Below, piece after piece: positions 1-13,700 of a DNA stretch of 64,000 nucleotides. Numbering within the stretch: the stretch's first letter is position 1; each line of letters opens with the position of its first letter. The position numbers and the translations under genes were made by a program. The notes beneath the pieces were generated by a model. It did no database searches. It had not been told where the DNA came from and worked only from the letters and a program-made list of their open reading frames with translations. Origin of the DNA: Bispira polyomma (lineage: Eukaryota); NCBI GenBank assembly GCA_965649765.1, contig OZ287750.1, positions 13,020,001-13,084,000 of the forward strand. Direction: 5' to 3'.

Positions 1-234
1 CAGAGGACTCGCAAACACCTGCAGGCTAAACCGGCGTCAACTCATTCAGTTCCATTTACGACACAGCCGCCAATGTTACCTATTAGTGACCAAACCCAAA
101 CCAACGCTGGTCACAACCCTGTTATCACTGCACCACCTAGTGGAACCCAATTCAAACCCGAAGGACCGAGTCCCTATGTGACCCTCTCTGGCAGACTTGT
201 GCAGATGCCATCTAGGTTTACTGACAATGATTAA
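1..234 (+). mobile_element. Gypsy-type LTR retrotransposon, C-terminal end of pol/integrase ORF (runs off window start)
   Basis: Frame +1 is open from base 1: QRTRKHL...PYVTLSGRLVQMPSRFTDND*. This matches the RRNRRHL ... TRSGRxxxxPxR pattern at the end of Gypsy integrases. Confidence 0.6.
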
Positions 235-471
235 CTTATATATACATATATGTTGGACCCAAAGACTACAAGTGAAGTTTAGATGTAAAATGGATAACCT
301 AGTTATTAACATGGTAGAGACAAAATGGCTTTGGTTTACATCACTGGACAGTAATTTCAACATTTAATATTCTGTCAAATATGTTGTTTAAATTTAATAT
401 GTTTAGTTTTAAATGGTTTCTAAATACTTGGATAATTGATAAGTATTATATAAGATTATTAATTTTCCTTT

Positions 472-540
472 AAAGAAAGAAGGATGTTCCTTGTTTTAGT
501 GTTCTCCCACTTCTGTTATTGTACGTGTTTAATACAGCTT
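472..540 (+). mobile_element. Polypurine tract and start of a 3' LTR
   Basis: AAAAGAAAGAAGGA (~471-484) is immediately followed by TGT at 485, downstream of the Gypsy-like ORF end. The LTR end was not located. Confidence 0.45.
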
Positions 541-699
541 GTGAAATGTAAATCCTCATGTTTATTTATGTGTCCCTTACTTCTAATGAACTGTTAATAA
601 CAAAACAATATCTCATGAATATTAGCAGAATAATATTGAGGGCTTTTACGACCATGCATATACTTTAGGATCTCATGAGATTTAGCTTTCCGTTGAGTA

Positions 700-2523
700 T
701 TGACCACACTAAGGGCACATAGAAACTTGCTGGAGAGAATGCGACTCAATGTCTTGAAAGAAGCATCTCAGTCAGAGGCTAGACAACATATCATGAAGTC
801 GGCGACAAAATCGTGCGAATTAGATCCAGTACCAACTTGGCTTCTTAAAGAATATGGTGATCATATTGTACCAATTGTCTCATCCATCATTAATGGGGGG
901 GAACGGGGATATTTAAAAAAAAAAAAGAAATAATCTCTGTGATAGTGTTTAGTCAGCCTACCGACATGACCACTCAACAGACTGCATTACTAAAGGTTCA
1001 GTCAGACATTCTAGCAGCATTAGATGAGGGTAAGGCAACTGCCCTACTCATGTTGGATCTGTCAGCTGCCTTTGATATCATAGATCATAGTATTTTACTT
1101 GCAAAGTTCAAACATACTTTCGGAATCACTGGCCAGACTCTGGAGTGGTTTAAGTCATACCTGACAAATAGGATGCTGCATCAAAACATCAAGTGCTTGA
1201 TTTTGGTGTACCACAAGATTCTGTGCTTGGACCCAAAGCTTACTGTATGTATACTAAGCCAGTTGGGGACATCATACGCCGACATGGACTTGTGCACCAC
1301 ATATATCCAGATGATACCCAAATATATATGGCCCTAAAACCATCAACAGACAATTGGGAGGATGCTGTCTCTAGGATAGAAAAAAGTGTGAATGAGGTGA
1401 AGTTCTGGATGACTCTTAATATACTAAAATTGAATGATGATATAACAGAATTGATTATTTTCTCCCCAAAACAAAACAAGTACAGATGTCAAGATATTGC
1501 AGTTATGATTGTGGATGCAACTGTCATTGCTAAGCCAGAGGTTAGGAATCTCGGTGTTATCCTGGATCAGACCTTATCTATGCAGAAACATGTGAGCCTT
1601 GTTACCAAATCCTGTCACTACCACCTACCAAACATTAGTCGCATTCGTCGTTACTTATGTGATGATGCCTGTAAAACCATTGTTCACTCCTTAGTAATAT
1701 CACGATTAGATTTTGGCAATGTACTGCTGCATGGTCTGCCAAACACCACCACCAAACCCCTACAGCGGGTACAAAACACTGCAGCATGCATCATATCAAG
1801 AATGAGTAAGAGAGATTTCATCAAACCTGTGAATTTTTTTTGAATTGGGATGTTTAACGTCCACTCTAGTACCTGTTTAGGTTATATTGGGACGGGTAGT
1901 TGGAAACGCTGGAGGAAACACTGCATACAGTTGATCAAGGTTCTGCACTGAAACCAGCGGCCCACAGTAAGGAGCTACCACCTTTCCCACATAAGCACTG
2001 ACGAGATTCGAACTCACGTCGCCCAGAGGTGAGAGACCAGTGATTGTGCAGCTCAATTCTTGCTAGCCACTAGGCCACCGTGGTCCCTCCATTAAACCTG
2101 TGCTACAGGAACTTCATTGGTTTCCAGTTGACATACGATTTATGTACAAAGTGCTTATCTACACTTACAAGGCCCTCCAAGGCACAGCACCATAATATGC
2201 TCACGAGATACTACCCTAGCAGATCACTACGATCAGAAAACAAGTCACTTCTTCAAGTTCCAAAATACAAAACTGTGACTTATGGAAAAAGGACATTCAA
2301 TATTGCCTCCCCAGTTTTATGGAACAGCCTACTAGAGAGTGGGAAAGACAGTGAATCAATATCAGTTTTTAAGAAACGACTCAAAACACATCTTTTTAGA
2401 CTCACCTATTGTTAAAACATCCTGTAAAAGTAATCATTTTTGCATAACTTTACCATTACTCTGTAAAGCGCTTCAGACTAATATATATAAAGCGCTATAT
2501 AAATTTTGTATAATAATAATATA
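700..2523 (+). mobile_element. CR1/L2-group LINE, 5'-truncated, degenerate RT
   Basis: KSCELDPVPTWLLK, LLMLDLSAAFD, GVPQDSVLGP, YPDDTQIY, VRNLGVILD, SRLDFGN, LWNSL...FKKRLKTHLF across frameshifts. (TAA)n tail at ~2510-2523. Interrupted by a SINE at 1832-2087. Confidence 0.9.
1832..2087 (-). mobile_element. tRNA-derived SINE, family A (full length)
   Basis: Reverse complement has an A box (TGGCCTAGTGG) and B box (GAGTTCGAATC). Flanking repeats CATCAAACCTGTG (1819-1831) and CATTAAACCTGTG (2090-2102). Removing it restores the LINE frame IKPVLQELHW. Confidence 0.9.
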
Positions 2524-2529
2524 ACAAAA

Positions 2530-2960
2530 GGGGATTTTAGGTCTATAATCATATAGATGACTTTTATGCTTGCATCCATGTGGACGATACACATCATGCA
2601 TATGACAGTCTATAAGAAATTATCACAGGACTCAGCTAGGTTGCCTATTAATCCCAATAAGGCAGTGCCACCAACAAAAGAACAAACAATTTTAAGGATA
2701 ACAATTAGGGTAGACGAATAGGGACTTTTAGAATTGACAAAGATCATATCTTCTCTGTGGCCATACCACAAGATTTCGTCCACACCTATGCAATTTAACA
2801 ATTTGAATTTTATAATGTTTTAGTAGCAGTGAGACTTTGGGCTCATAAATGGAAGAATAAAGCAATTTGTATTACGTGTGATAAAGCTACTGCAGTCTAC
2901 GTAATAAGAAGTACACGTGACCCGTTCATAAGTTTATGTATTAGGAACTTATGGTGAGAA
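2530..2960 (+). mobile_element. Decayed Ngaro/DIRS-group YR-retrotransposon RT-RNase H fragment
   Basis: Manual translation gives VYNHIDDFYAC (YLDDF-like), LPINPNKAVPPTKEQTILRITI, and EFYNVLVAVRLWAHKWKNKAICITCDKATAVYVI (RNase H E..DN region). Confidence 0.55.
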
Positions 2961-3239
2961 TGTGTTAGGTCCACACATAATAAGATTCTTCAGGATGATA
3001 GTGATAAGATGGTGGAGAATGTCACTAATGATATGTCATATTTATATTCAAATGTTTAGTGGTGCCACAACACATGGGGGCATTGTTAACATCAGCCTCT
3101 GCGAGATCCCGTGCCTCAGTGTGAAAGGGACACATAAGACATATGTCAAAAAAGAACATTCTTAGCTTTCTTAATTCTCAACAGGGTGTCCTCGGTTTTA
3201 ACAGTGTCAAAAGTTTTGATGTATTTAGAGTTCATGACA

Positions 3240-4012
3240 GCACAGGCTCTTATGTACTACCTTCCGAAAATGCTAAAACCTGGGTGTCACTTTTGATTCA
3301 TCTTTTTTGTTCGATACTCATATTGCCAACATCTGTCGCTCCTGCTATTACCACATACGCGACATCAAAAGAATCAAAAACCACTTGTCCATGGACACAG
3401 TGATAACTGTGGCAAATGCCCTTGTTAGTAGCCGCCTCGACTACTGCAATTCTCTCTTGTACGGAGCAAACAAGTCACACATTAAAAAGCCACAGTCCAT
3501 CCAAAACTACCTATATAGGGTCATTTTTAGCCTGAGTTGTCACAAAGACGTCACTCCTAACCTCAAAAAATTACACTGGCTGCCCATTAAATCTTGCATT
3601 TTGTTTAAGTTTCACGTTACTACTTTTAAGGCTGTAGTCACTCAACAGCCCCCCTACCTTGCCTCCCATCTTTCCTTCAGTAACCACGAGAGGGGCAACA
3701 GACTCTCCATCACTTCGGTCAGACCAATCAGAAAGGCGGGTTTCAGAGCGTTCTTCACTGCAGCTCCACGGTTATGGAACAGTCTCCCAGTTGACCTCAG
3801 ATCAGTTGACACACTTGTCGGTTTTAGGAAAAAGCTTAAAACCTGTCTTTTTAATCTTGCCTACCCACCTTTGCTTCTCTCGTGCACGCTCCCACTTCCT
3901 TCCTTACAACTTTTCAATGTCCATGGACTTAATGATTAGACCAATGATTCTGCTGTTGCGCTTTAGAAGATGCCTAGCATCAATAAAGCGCGTTAAAAAT
4001 CTATAATAATAA
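3240..4012 (+). mobile_element. CR1/L2-group LINE 3' fragment
   Basis: ANALVSSRLDYCNSLLYG, LHWLPIK, PRLWNSLPVDLR, FRKKLKT. 3' UTR ends AATAAAGCGCGTTAAAAATCTA(TAA)n. Confidence 0.9.
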
Positions 4013-4692
4013 TGTATAGAGTTATAAATAACTTTGTTTCAGAAGTTTTGTTGTACAACATATAGATTAGATACCCAAGTGTGGAGAAATGCCATGCTTT
4101 CTTAGAGCCATTAGAATAAAGACACCACAGGTGCTGAATCAAAAAGGTTTCTTTACATTGCAAAACATCAGACAAATATCAGAAGCATGTGCAGTATTTG
4201 AAAGTTAAAATGCTTATAGGGCTGCTTTTCTTACAGCTTTTTATGGGTTTTTGTTCATTTCCAACATGGCTCCAGCTGTAGTTGGGGATTTAATAAAACA
4301 AAACAGATTTTAAAAAGGGATATTGCCTTAGCACACCCAGGGGAAATCCTGTTACAGGGACACAGGTCCCATATACATTTAGAAAAAATAAATCTTTACA
4401 CCTAAAATGTAGATATATAAACCTCAAACAAATGTATTTTATTAAATATTAAACGATTAAAACATGTTTATTGACAAATCTCTATGGCCCAATAATTATA
4501 AAATTACTGAATCAATGCTGAAATCATAATAAAATTGTATTCTTTCGTGAGAGTTGTAGCAGGAGCGACTTTGCATATATCCCGGATTTATAGGTAAAGA
4601 TCTGTAACTTTTGTCATAACTTTTCCTGAATATCGCCCGTAACATTTTTGCTTCGTCTCAGGATTCTTATTTTGCATGTATATTCTGTCATA

Positions 4693-4737
4693 ATGGCAGG
4701 AAAATTTGACTTACCACAGTTTAGAAATATAATAAAG
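4693..4737 (+). CDS. THOC1: THOC1 exon 1
   Basis: MAGKFDLPQFRNIIK; donor AAG|GTGATC. Weakest-supported exon (low conservation), but phase 0 fits exon 2. Confidence 0.7.
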
Positions 4738-7700
4738 GTGATCAAAAGGGCTATATTATATTTTAATTCTTTAATTAGGTATTTTTATATCGAGCAGTAG
4801 TAGTGGGCGAAAATCTAGTCTATCGCTTGTTTACTTGAAACTGAGGGGCCGCTGGAGTCAAAGATAAGCGTTTGTTTTGGCTTAATTTTTATTAGTTCGC
4901 TACCGTAATACGTTGTTGATATTCACAAGCATATAAGCCAGTTCGTAGATCTGATTGCGCAGCCGTAGTTACGATCTTCCGGTCTTATATATGGCACATA
5001 AACAAGAAGCACCTGCATACAGCAAATGTGCAGCAAACAGCCAATTTAACATGGGTATCCCTATTAAAAATTTAATATCTCTGTCATTTCGCAAGGGATT
5101 TTGATGCAAAAAATATCATAGTAATCGCAATATAATAAGCTTTCTTATCATATTTTTGTAAAATTTTTACCTACAGTATTTTCTGAGTGATTAATTAATA
5201 ATCAGCATTTTTATTATTCAAAATATCGTGCTTGTATAAAAGTTCAATGGGAATGTTATCCTTTAATGATAAAGTAAATATATTTACAAAAACCCATACT
5301 TATGCATCATGTATCCAAATCTGAGGCTATTATTTGGAATAATAACTGAGAAATAACATTTTAATATATTTTGCAAAGTCATATAAGTTCATTTGTTTAT
5401 GTGCACCAAAGATTTTCACTTCCGTTGAACTACACATGTGCACTCGGAACTACGAATTGGCTTATTATACTGTCAAAGATTGCATAAAAAGAAAACCGAT
5501 AATAACTCAAATAAACTATTTATGGAATGCTAACTGGCTGGATAAGTTTTGCATACATGTAATATTAGTAGGGAAGGTATCATTAATCATGATTTCGCAG
5601 ATTCACTGAGAGCCCCATTAGCTTGCTGATATTGTAATGATCCACAGCTGACTCGATCAATAAAAGTAAATACTCTTTTGTAAACAAAGAACCTACGAGT
5701 GCCGCGAAAGTGCTGATGTTACCCCATATTTGACAGTGATAGATACAAGACCAAAGAGACAACAAGTATTCAGTACCTGTAAAGGACATATGTAAAAGGG
5801 CGAAATTTACCAATATCGTGAATAACACGTAAAGAGTGACAGTGCTCACCAAAACTGCTAAGCTCAGTTTATATCCCTATTATCTTCACAAAGTATAAAT
5901 AACTTAACAAATTACATTCATAAATTGGCTAAAACACATTAAGCGGTTCACAGGTATAGTTTTATTCAGGCAGGTTTTTCATTTTTGGAAAATACGTTCC
6001 AGTTTCTTCACAACTTTTTATGTATATCCCGATATTTGACGATTAATTCGCATCAATATCGAGTACTGCTCACTCCCCACATTGACGTCCCTAAATATTA
6101 GGAAATAAATGTAGGTGCATATGAGCAGTACACTCTCCTACATTGCCTTGCTTCTTGGTATGGTTTTAATGGTACTGCCCTTGTTGAGTTCAAATCATAT
6201 TTAGACCTGCCACCTCAAGCGGTGAAATTGGCTCATCTCTTTCTGACTTCATTAAGATTGAATTTAGTGTCCCTCATGGTTCAGTTCGATCCAATCCTGT
6301 TCTCATTATACACAAAACCACTCTGGTGTTATCAGTGCATACAGTTCAATTAAGTATCACTTTTTGCTGACTATACACAGTTATACATTCACCTCACACC
6401 ATCAAACGCTACTACTGCTTTTGATACTTTTAAAATTTGCCTGAAACAGGTGCAGGAATTGATGTTATCAAATGAGCTTAAGCTTACCCCCTGACAAAAC
6501 AGAGTTTATTGTTTTTGACACTAGTAAACAACATACTGAATTATCAAGCTTCTTTCCAATAAACATCCTTGGGAATATGAGTCACCACCCTCAGACGTGT
6601 TACGTAATCTTAGAGACTTTGAGTTATGTTTGACGCTAATTTTTTGTCTAACAAACACATCACTTCTGTCTGTAACTCCTGTTTTGTCAGTTTGAGATAT
6701 CTAAGAAACACCTTTTGCCGCGGGATACAACTGTATTGTTGGCTAATGCACTTGTGAGCAATCGCATTGACTATTGCGATTATTGCTAAGCAGTTTGTCT
6801 GCCAAGGACATGTCTCGCCTTCAAGTAATACAGAGTACTCTATCATCACTCATACCTCAAAGTATTCCCACATATCTCCTTCTGTGTGCTCTCCACGATA
6901 ACTGATTGCCTAATTTACATGAAATCATTTTATTATCGCTCACATACACATGCTTCTTTAGGTAGCAAAAATTGAAAAAAAACACACCAAACATTTAATT
7001 TAACTTGTAATTTAGCTTGTTTCATATCATTAATGACACATTCTATTAGAAAACATGTGGAATAGCGAAAATATAAGAAATTAAAGCAATTTACGGACTT
7101 ATGTACCTCCAATAACCAAGTATATGTACTTTATGTCTGTCCTGTCAAAGTTTATCAACAAAACGTGGATGAATTTTAGTGTAAACAGGAAATATGGACC
7201 ATCTTTTTTATCATAGATTTCAGTGGCCATGTGTAAAATAACTTAAAAACAACAATAGAAGTCCCTCTGTCAAAACATTGAATTTTTTAAAATTATTTGC
7301 TGATATCAAATAGAAATAAATTATGATTATTAATAATCAAGAGTATTCCAAACAGATTGGCATCATAAAAAGGTTATTGTGTCCCCTGGCTCTGGAGGAC
7401 ACATAGGGATTGCTTTGTCCGTTGTCCGTGTCGTTGTCACGCTTTCGTTTTTCAGAATCTAACTTGAAAACCACTTGATGGATTTCATTCATATTTGGTA
7501 CACAGATGTATATGGACTTGAAGAGGAACCTTATTGTATGGTGACCTTTAACTCCTAAGAGTTAAAATTTTGTGACAGCTTTAAGGTTACAGCATGTTTC
7601 AGTCATTTCCGACTCTAACTTGAAAACCGCTTGATGGATTTCATTCATATTTGGTACACAAATGTACATGGACCTGAGGAGGGACCCTATTGTATGGTGA

Positions 7701-10700
7701 TGTTAAACTCATAAGAGTTAAAATTTTATAACGATTTTAAGGTTACAGCATGTTTCAGTCATTTCTGACTGTAACTTGATAACCACTTGATGGATTTCAT
7801 TCATATTTGGTACAAAGATGTATATGGACCTGAGGAGGAACCCTATTGTATGGTGACCTTAAACTCCTAAGAGTTAAAATTTTATTACGACTTTAAGGTT
7901 ACACCATGTTTCAGTCATTTCCGACTCTAACTTAAAAAGCGCTTGATGGATTTCATTCATATTTGGTACACAGATGTATATGGACCTGAGGAGGAACCCT
8001 ATTGTATGGTGACCTTAAACTCATAACAGTAAACTTATTATAATGAGTTTAAAGTTACAACATGTTTCATTACTTCCAGACTGTAACACAAAACCTTCCT
8101 ACACACTTTTAACTTATTACTAGAGGTTAAGAGCAATTTTTGTCAATTTTGTCGACTTCATTAGTACGGTAAGCTAACTTAACCTCACGAAAATGGATTA
8201 TTATTTTGTAAAGAACATTTTCAGGTTGTAAATTTTGAAATGCTTTGAAATAAAATATGTAGTGTATACTACCTCCACTTGGCAAAAATCTGTTTTATTT
8301 TCTTAAAATAAAACTGATGGTACCACTGGATGCTTCCTTTAAACTTCTCTGCCTTCATACAATTTTTTTTCTCCAACTTACCTGAAAGCAGGGGACGCAT
8401 TAACATTCATCTGATTTCTTGTATTTAATAAAGAAACTTATTTATTTTTGACATTATTTTGTGGTTACTTATATGTTCGACTTATTGGGCAGCGAAGATA
8501 TATTGGTGCAATGTTATTTAAGGAATAACCCATCTGAAGGCGATTTCTCATATCCCTGGTTTATGATGTATTTTGATTAAAACATGACAAACTAATTTTA
8601 CCCCTAAATCTGGTATTGTTTTAAACTATATTGCTTTACTGTGGGAAACTATTTAACCAGTGGGAGACCAATTTACGCCCAGGTACCCAGGTGTGAACTG
8701 GTCTGCAACCATTAAATGTATGAAAAAGTATGGATAACTTTCTAGTTAATATTCTTGTAGTTGTAACTGTCAAAATCGGGGTTTAATACACAGTTAATAC
8801 AAGGTTAAAGTCACCACAGATAATGGTATAATCAGTAGTGTTGTTTTCCATTAATGCTTGGATGTTCACTCTTCAGCATTGTTTACTATACAAAATCATT
8901 GTAAATGTTTAATGGCAAGCTTACAGACACACTTAATTTTTTGCAAATGTCTCAAATTATGACTTTCATAGAAGTTATTAAACAAAATAGAAATGTACAA
9001 GTTAATTTATATGTGTTCCGGTATTTTGTCCACCAATTTAGGTTAGTATAATACATCACATGACCATCATATAATGTCAAGGACATTTGCAGTGATGTTG
9101 CCATTACTTACATAGATAGAACTATTTCGCTTTCTGATCAAAGTTGGCTGTCGTAATTTAAAATATATCATTGGCAATGTTATAATTTATGTAAGTATGT
9201 TATCATTGGCGATGTTATAATTTATGTAAGTATGTTATTCTGTCAATTTTTTCTTTTTGAAAATCCCCACAGAATCCCCATGTAGGGTATGGTGTGTGCA
9301 ACAGGTTCTCGCAAGCAAACATGGATGTTGAATATTCAGTAACTACCAATATGTTTTAGTAAAATTAAAATATCCACGAGTGGCATTCACTTAAGGTTAT
9401 TATACAATATATTGCCATTTAGCTTCAATTCCATGGTGGTATTTATAGCATTTTTGCTGCCGTTACATATTTACAATGATTTGCTGTAGTAAACAACTCT
9501 GTCCCTAATGATGCGTACTATCAATAAAATAAAAGAATCTTGTGACGAGACAGAAACTTGGTCTACCTTGGTTTATGAAAGTAAATTTAACCATATATTT
9601 GTGTTATATTTAAAAATATGATATACACATAAACCCATTTATAGAAATTACCTATGTCTTACATCATGATTTTGTGCCAGTATTGTGCACCCTTTTTGTT
9701 GTGTTACACACTTGCAGTTAATATATATATCATTGTACGAGGTGCTATATTTTAGTCTTATAAGAATCTTGTGATAACATTTGTTTTACTATGGTCTTTT
9801 CAGGAAAGTATATTAAAATGCCTACCAGAGGACATTGGGGAAATTGCTGGGTGTTATGGAAATTATCCTGGAAGGTAACAATTGGAACTTTTTGGATCAA
9901 TTACGAATATTTATGATTAATCATTTCTTTTCTATTTGACAAACAGTATATCAATTGATTCTACTAATTTTTGATGAGCTTACCAGTTTTCAGTTAACTT
10001 TACCCTGTGACTTTATCAAACTTGTTAACTAAAAGGAATGACTTTACACAAATGGATAGTTTAATTTTTGTATAAATTAGAAACTACAAGTAGTGGTGTA
10101 TGGATATGCTTCTTATATACAGTAGACTCTGCAATTTAGAGAGATGTCCATTGTCCAATATCTACTAACAGGATTAGGTTCTGCTTATGACTAACTTCAA
10201 GTTAATACCTAGTTTTAAACAGGTTGGGACCAACAAAAATTGGTTCCATTTGCACGAAATATTTAATACATACTGCTTTTAGTTACAAAGAGTCTAATGT
10301 ATTCTTCGTGTCATTGCATGCAAAATTGATTTGGTGAATATATATTGTGTTATAGATTCTAGGAAGCTAATAAAATCTGTTGGATTACAATGATCATTAG
10401 GTTCTGGTCACTTAATGTATTACTGTAGTAGTATTTTATTGAACTCTTGTATGATTGTATTCATTGTTATATTGTATTCACCTTTATGTTCAGTGCATTT
10501 ATGTACCTTTATGTGATAATGAAAGTTTTAAATAACATTTTCTCTGCGGCCAACATCAGTTTTCTATTATTACCCTAACTGAAGAGAGATGCTTGGGGGA
10601 GTACATTTTCTCAACATCCCAAGGCACTTTAGCTGCCACCTAATGACAGAGGACCACCATTTTAAGTGGTCATCCCAACCACTATGTATCTGCCTGTGTA

Positions 10701-13700
10701 ACTGGTTGCCCCAGTCTGCGATCGATTCATGCCCTCTGATTTCCTACATGAGTGTGTTACCCACTAGACCACAGTAGCAGATTAGCCGTTGTTATCCATT
10801 TTAAATTTTTTATCCATCACAAGCTATTATTCTCAGTGAGAGTACTCCATTTTAAATTTTTTTATCCATCATTATTCATTATTTTCAGTGAGAGTGAGAA
10901 GAAAACCACTGTCGATCAGGCGTTCAAAGATGTTCTCAAATCTATGGTAGTAAGTGTTGTCATCGCAATCAGTTCTTACCATAAATTTAGTCCTGCCCCC
11001 AATATCGTCTCTTATTGACCCATACTAAGTGAAAGCCTATAACCAGGATTAAAATGCCCTTTACTTGTTTAAATCTTTGTTTGTCTTAGTTCATTCCTCA
11101 GGAAATTGATGTCTGCTTACGCTTTACATGTAATCTTTAGCATATGTGAGCCGTTTTATTTTTTGTTTGGGATGGTATAATTAGCTTCTAGATTTTAAAC
11201 AGATAAATAGATTTTGAAAGTTAAGATATATGTATCAAAATACACCCAAGTATATCTTTTATAACTTATTCCAGCCTTTCAAACATGGCAGTTGTAAAAA
11301 GTTTTTTTCTTAATGGAATTAATTGAAGGAACTTAATTATAAATATATTTTCTTTTGTATTGCAGGATGAGGGAAAATCCACCAATGACTATATAGCGAT
11401 TGTATACCTTGCAGTATTTTCAGTGGAGCATGGTAACTAATTTACATTATGTCCTTTACAAATTCATGTATTGATTTTAGCCCCAAATCTGTTTTGTTTA
11501 AAAACCAGTTGTTGGTACGTTTGATGCCAAAAATAATGAAGAGAATGTATTTTCATAAATGGCAAAAGAATTTTGGAAGTATTTCTTAATCTCTGGCTTC
11601 TCACCGATGAGGATTTGAATCATGTTCGTTATTTTCGTGTGGGAAAGTTATGGTAAAAGGGGTGTAACCGTGTAAAATATTGATTTTTTTGAATTTCAAA
11701 TCTTCTTTCTCGCGCAAAGTGTTACATAACAAACATTTATTTTTGGGTTTGTCTGTTCGTGGACACAATCTTACATCGACTACTGTTGTTCCTGTGTCAT
11801 TAAAATTGGGTACAGGGATAGATTTACATCAGATGGGTATTCATAGGTTAAGGTGATTCAGATTCTCTAAATTAAGGTGCGAATCCCAAGGTTAAGGTTA
11901 CCTAAACACGCTTTATTGACAGTTCTAGTTCAGTTTTGTTTCTGGGTACCTTGTCTCATCCCTAGCACTAGTGTCCATGTTTGTATTTCTAGAGCTGTCC
12001 TCTGCGTCCTTACCGTTTGTGATGTTGTCCGACCTGTTTGACACTATCACTATTGACCAGTGTGAAGTGGTCTTCAGATTTGTAGAGAGCAGAGTGGACA
12101 CTTGGAAATCTGTATGTTCTGATCATTAATGTTTGTTATAGAACAACCTGAGGTTTTTATTTCACATCTTCTTTAAGAGAGAGAAGAACAGCTTTTTTGG
12201 ACTAAAAAGCACATTTTGTAAAATTAGATAGAACAGAAACAGGTGTAAAGTTGTATAATTGTTCAATGAACAAAAAAGAATTAAAGAGTTACAATGTATT
12301 AATCTGGGTAATGTATTAATCTTTTCAAAAATAATTAAGGAGTAAAATGTATTAAACTAGTCAATGACATTATGTATTAATCGTATCAAAAAGAATTAAA
12401 GAGTCACAGTGTATTAGTCTAGTATAAATTAACACTTTCGAAAGGTTTATTCTAAGTTTTGCTATTGTGATTAATATGTTATTATATATTTTTTGTTTAG
12501 GATATATTTTATAATGCTGGCAAAAACTACCTGCTCCGAATGTGCAATGGTAAGAAATACTTTGACTTAATTACCATTTGATAAACTATAGCCCTGTTAT
12601 TAGATAGTGTTATTAAAATATGTGCTATAAATTAGAAAGCTTTGTTGTGCGTATACAAGAGTGTGTCTGTGTGTGGTTCATTTCTCAAAAAACATGCTTT
12701 AAGGTGTAAGTTTGATAGAAATGTTGTTAGATATGTTGAAAAATTGATGATTCCACCTTCTATTATGTAGTCAGATGATAAGATTGTGTTTCATTTACAG
12801 ATTTACTCAGAAGATTGTCAAAATCCCAGCATACTATTTTCTGTGGACGTATACAGTTGTTCTTGGCAAGGTAAGGCCATTTATTAGCTAAAGCACTTGT
12901 TGCACATTGGTCAATTCAAGATAAAATGGTAGAAGACATAACAACCAAAATGGTAACTTTCCTTAATTCAGTACTGACAGTAGAATAATAGAAATTTGTA
13001 TTAAAATTACATCAATAATTAAGTACCAGCTATGTACACAGTTGTTTTATTAAATATAACAACTGTACAATAGGTATTTCTTTCTGTCAAGATCTCATTT
13101 GTTACAACATGTATTTTTATTTCCCCAAAAAACATTTATAATTTTCAATTTTTTTAATTTTCTTTTATTGTATCTTGAAAACCTGTATAAAGAATTACAA
13201 ATATTTCTAGATTATTTCCACTGTCTGAAAAATCGGGCCTGAACTTGATGAGCCAGTTTAACTTGGAAAATATTACCACATATACAACCAAATCAGAAGA
13301 TTATGACAAAGCGAGAAAGCTGGTAAGATTTGGAAAACAGACTCATTGACTTAAACTGTGTGCAATATATTATTTTTATAGTATTTAGTTGTGTTTATAA
13401 ATCTAGTTGTAAGTAGCTAATTTTTACGTAGTTGTGTCAAGTGCGCCTTATTGATGCAAGGCATCTTCTAATGCGCAACAACAGAATCAATTAACCAATC
13501 GAGAAGTCCAAAAAAACATAGACAGGTCATAAGAAAGGATGTTTGAAAAGATAGTTTTTAAGTTTTCTTTTAAACCTAGAAAGTGTTGCTAGTGATCTAA
13601 GCTCAAGTGGGAGACTATTCCATAACATAGGGGCAGAAATTGAGAAAGCTCTAGATTCAGCCCTCATGGAGGGTTTCACTGAGGAAAACAAAAAGTCTCT

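Noticed and set aside
4200-4430. Possible minus-strand exon of a divergent gene sharing the THOC1 promoter (acceptor-like site near 4409)
   Set aside because: Only an 8-codon ORF and no recognisable homology; unsupported without transcripts.
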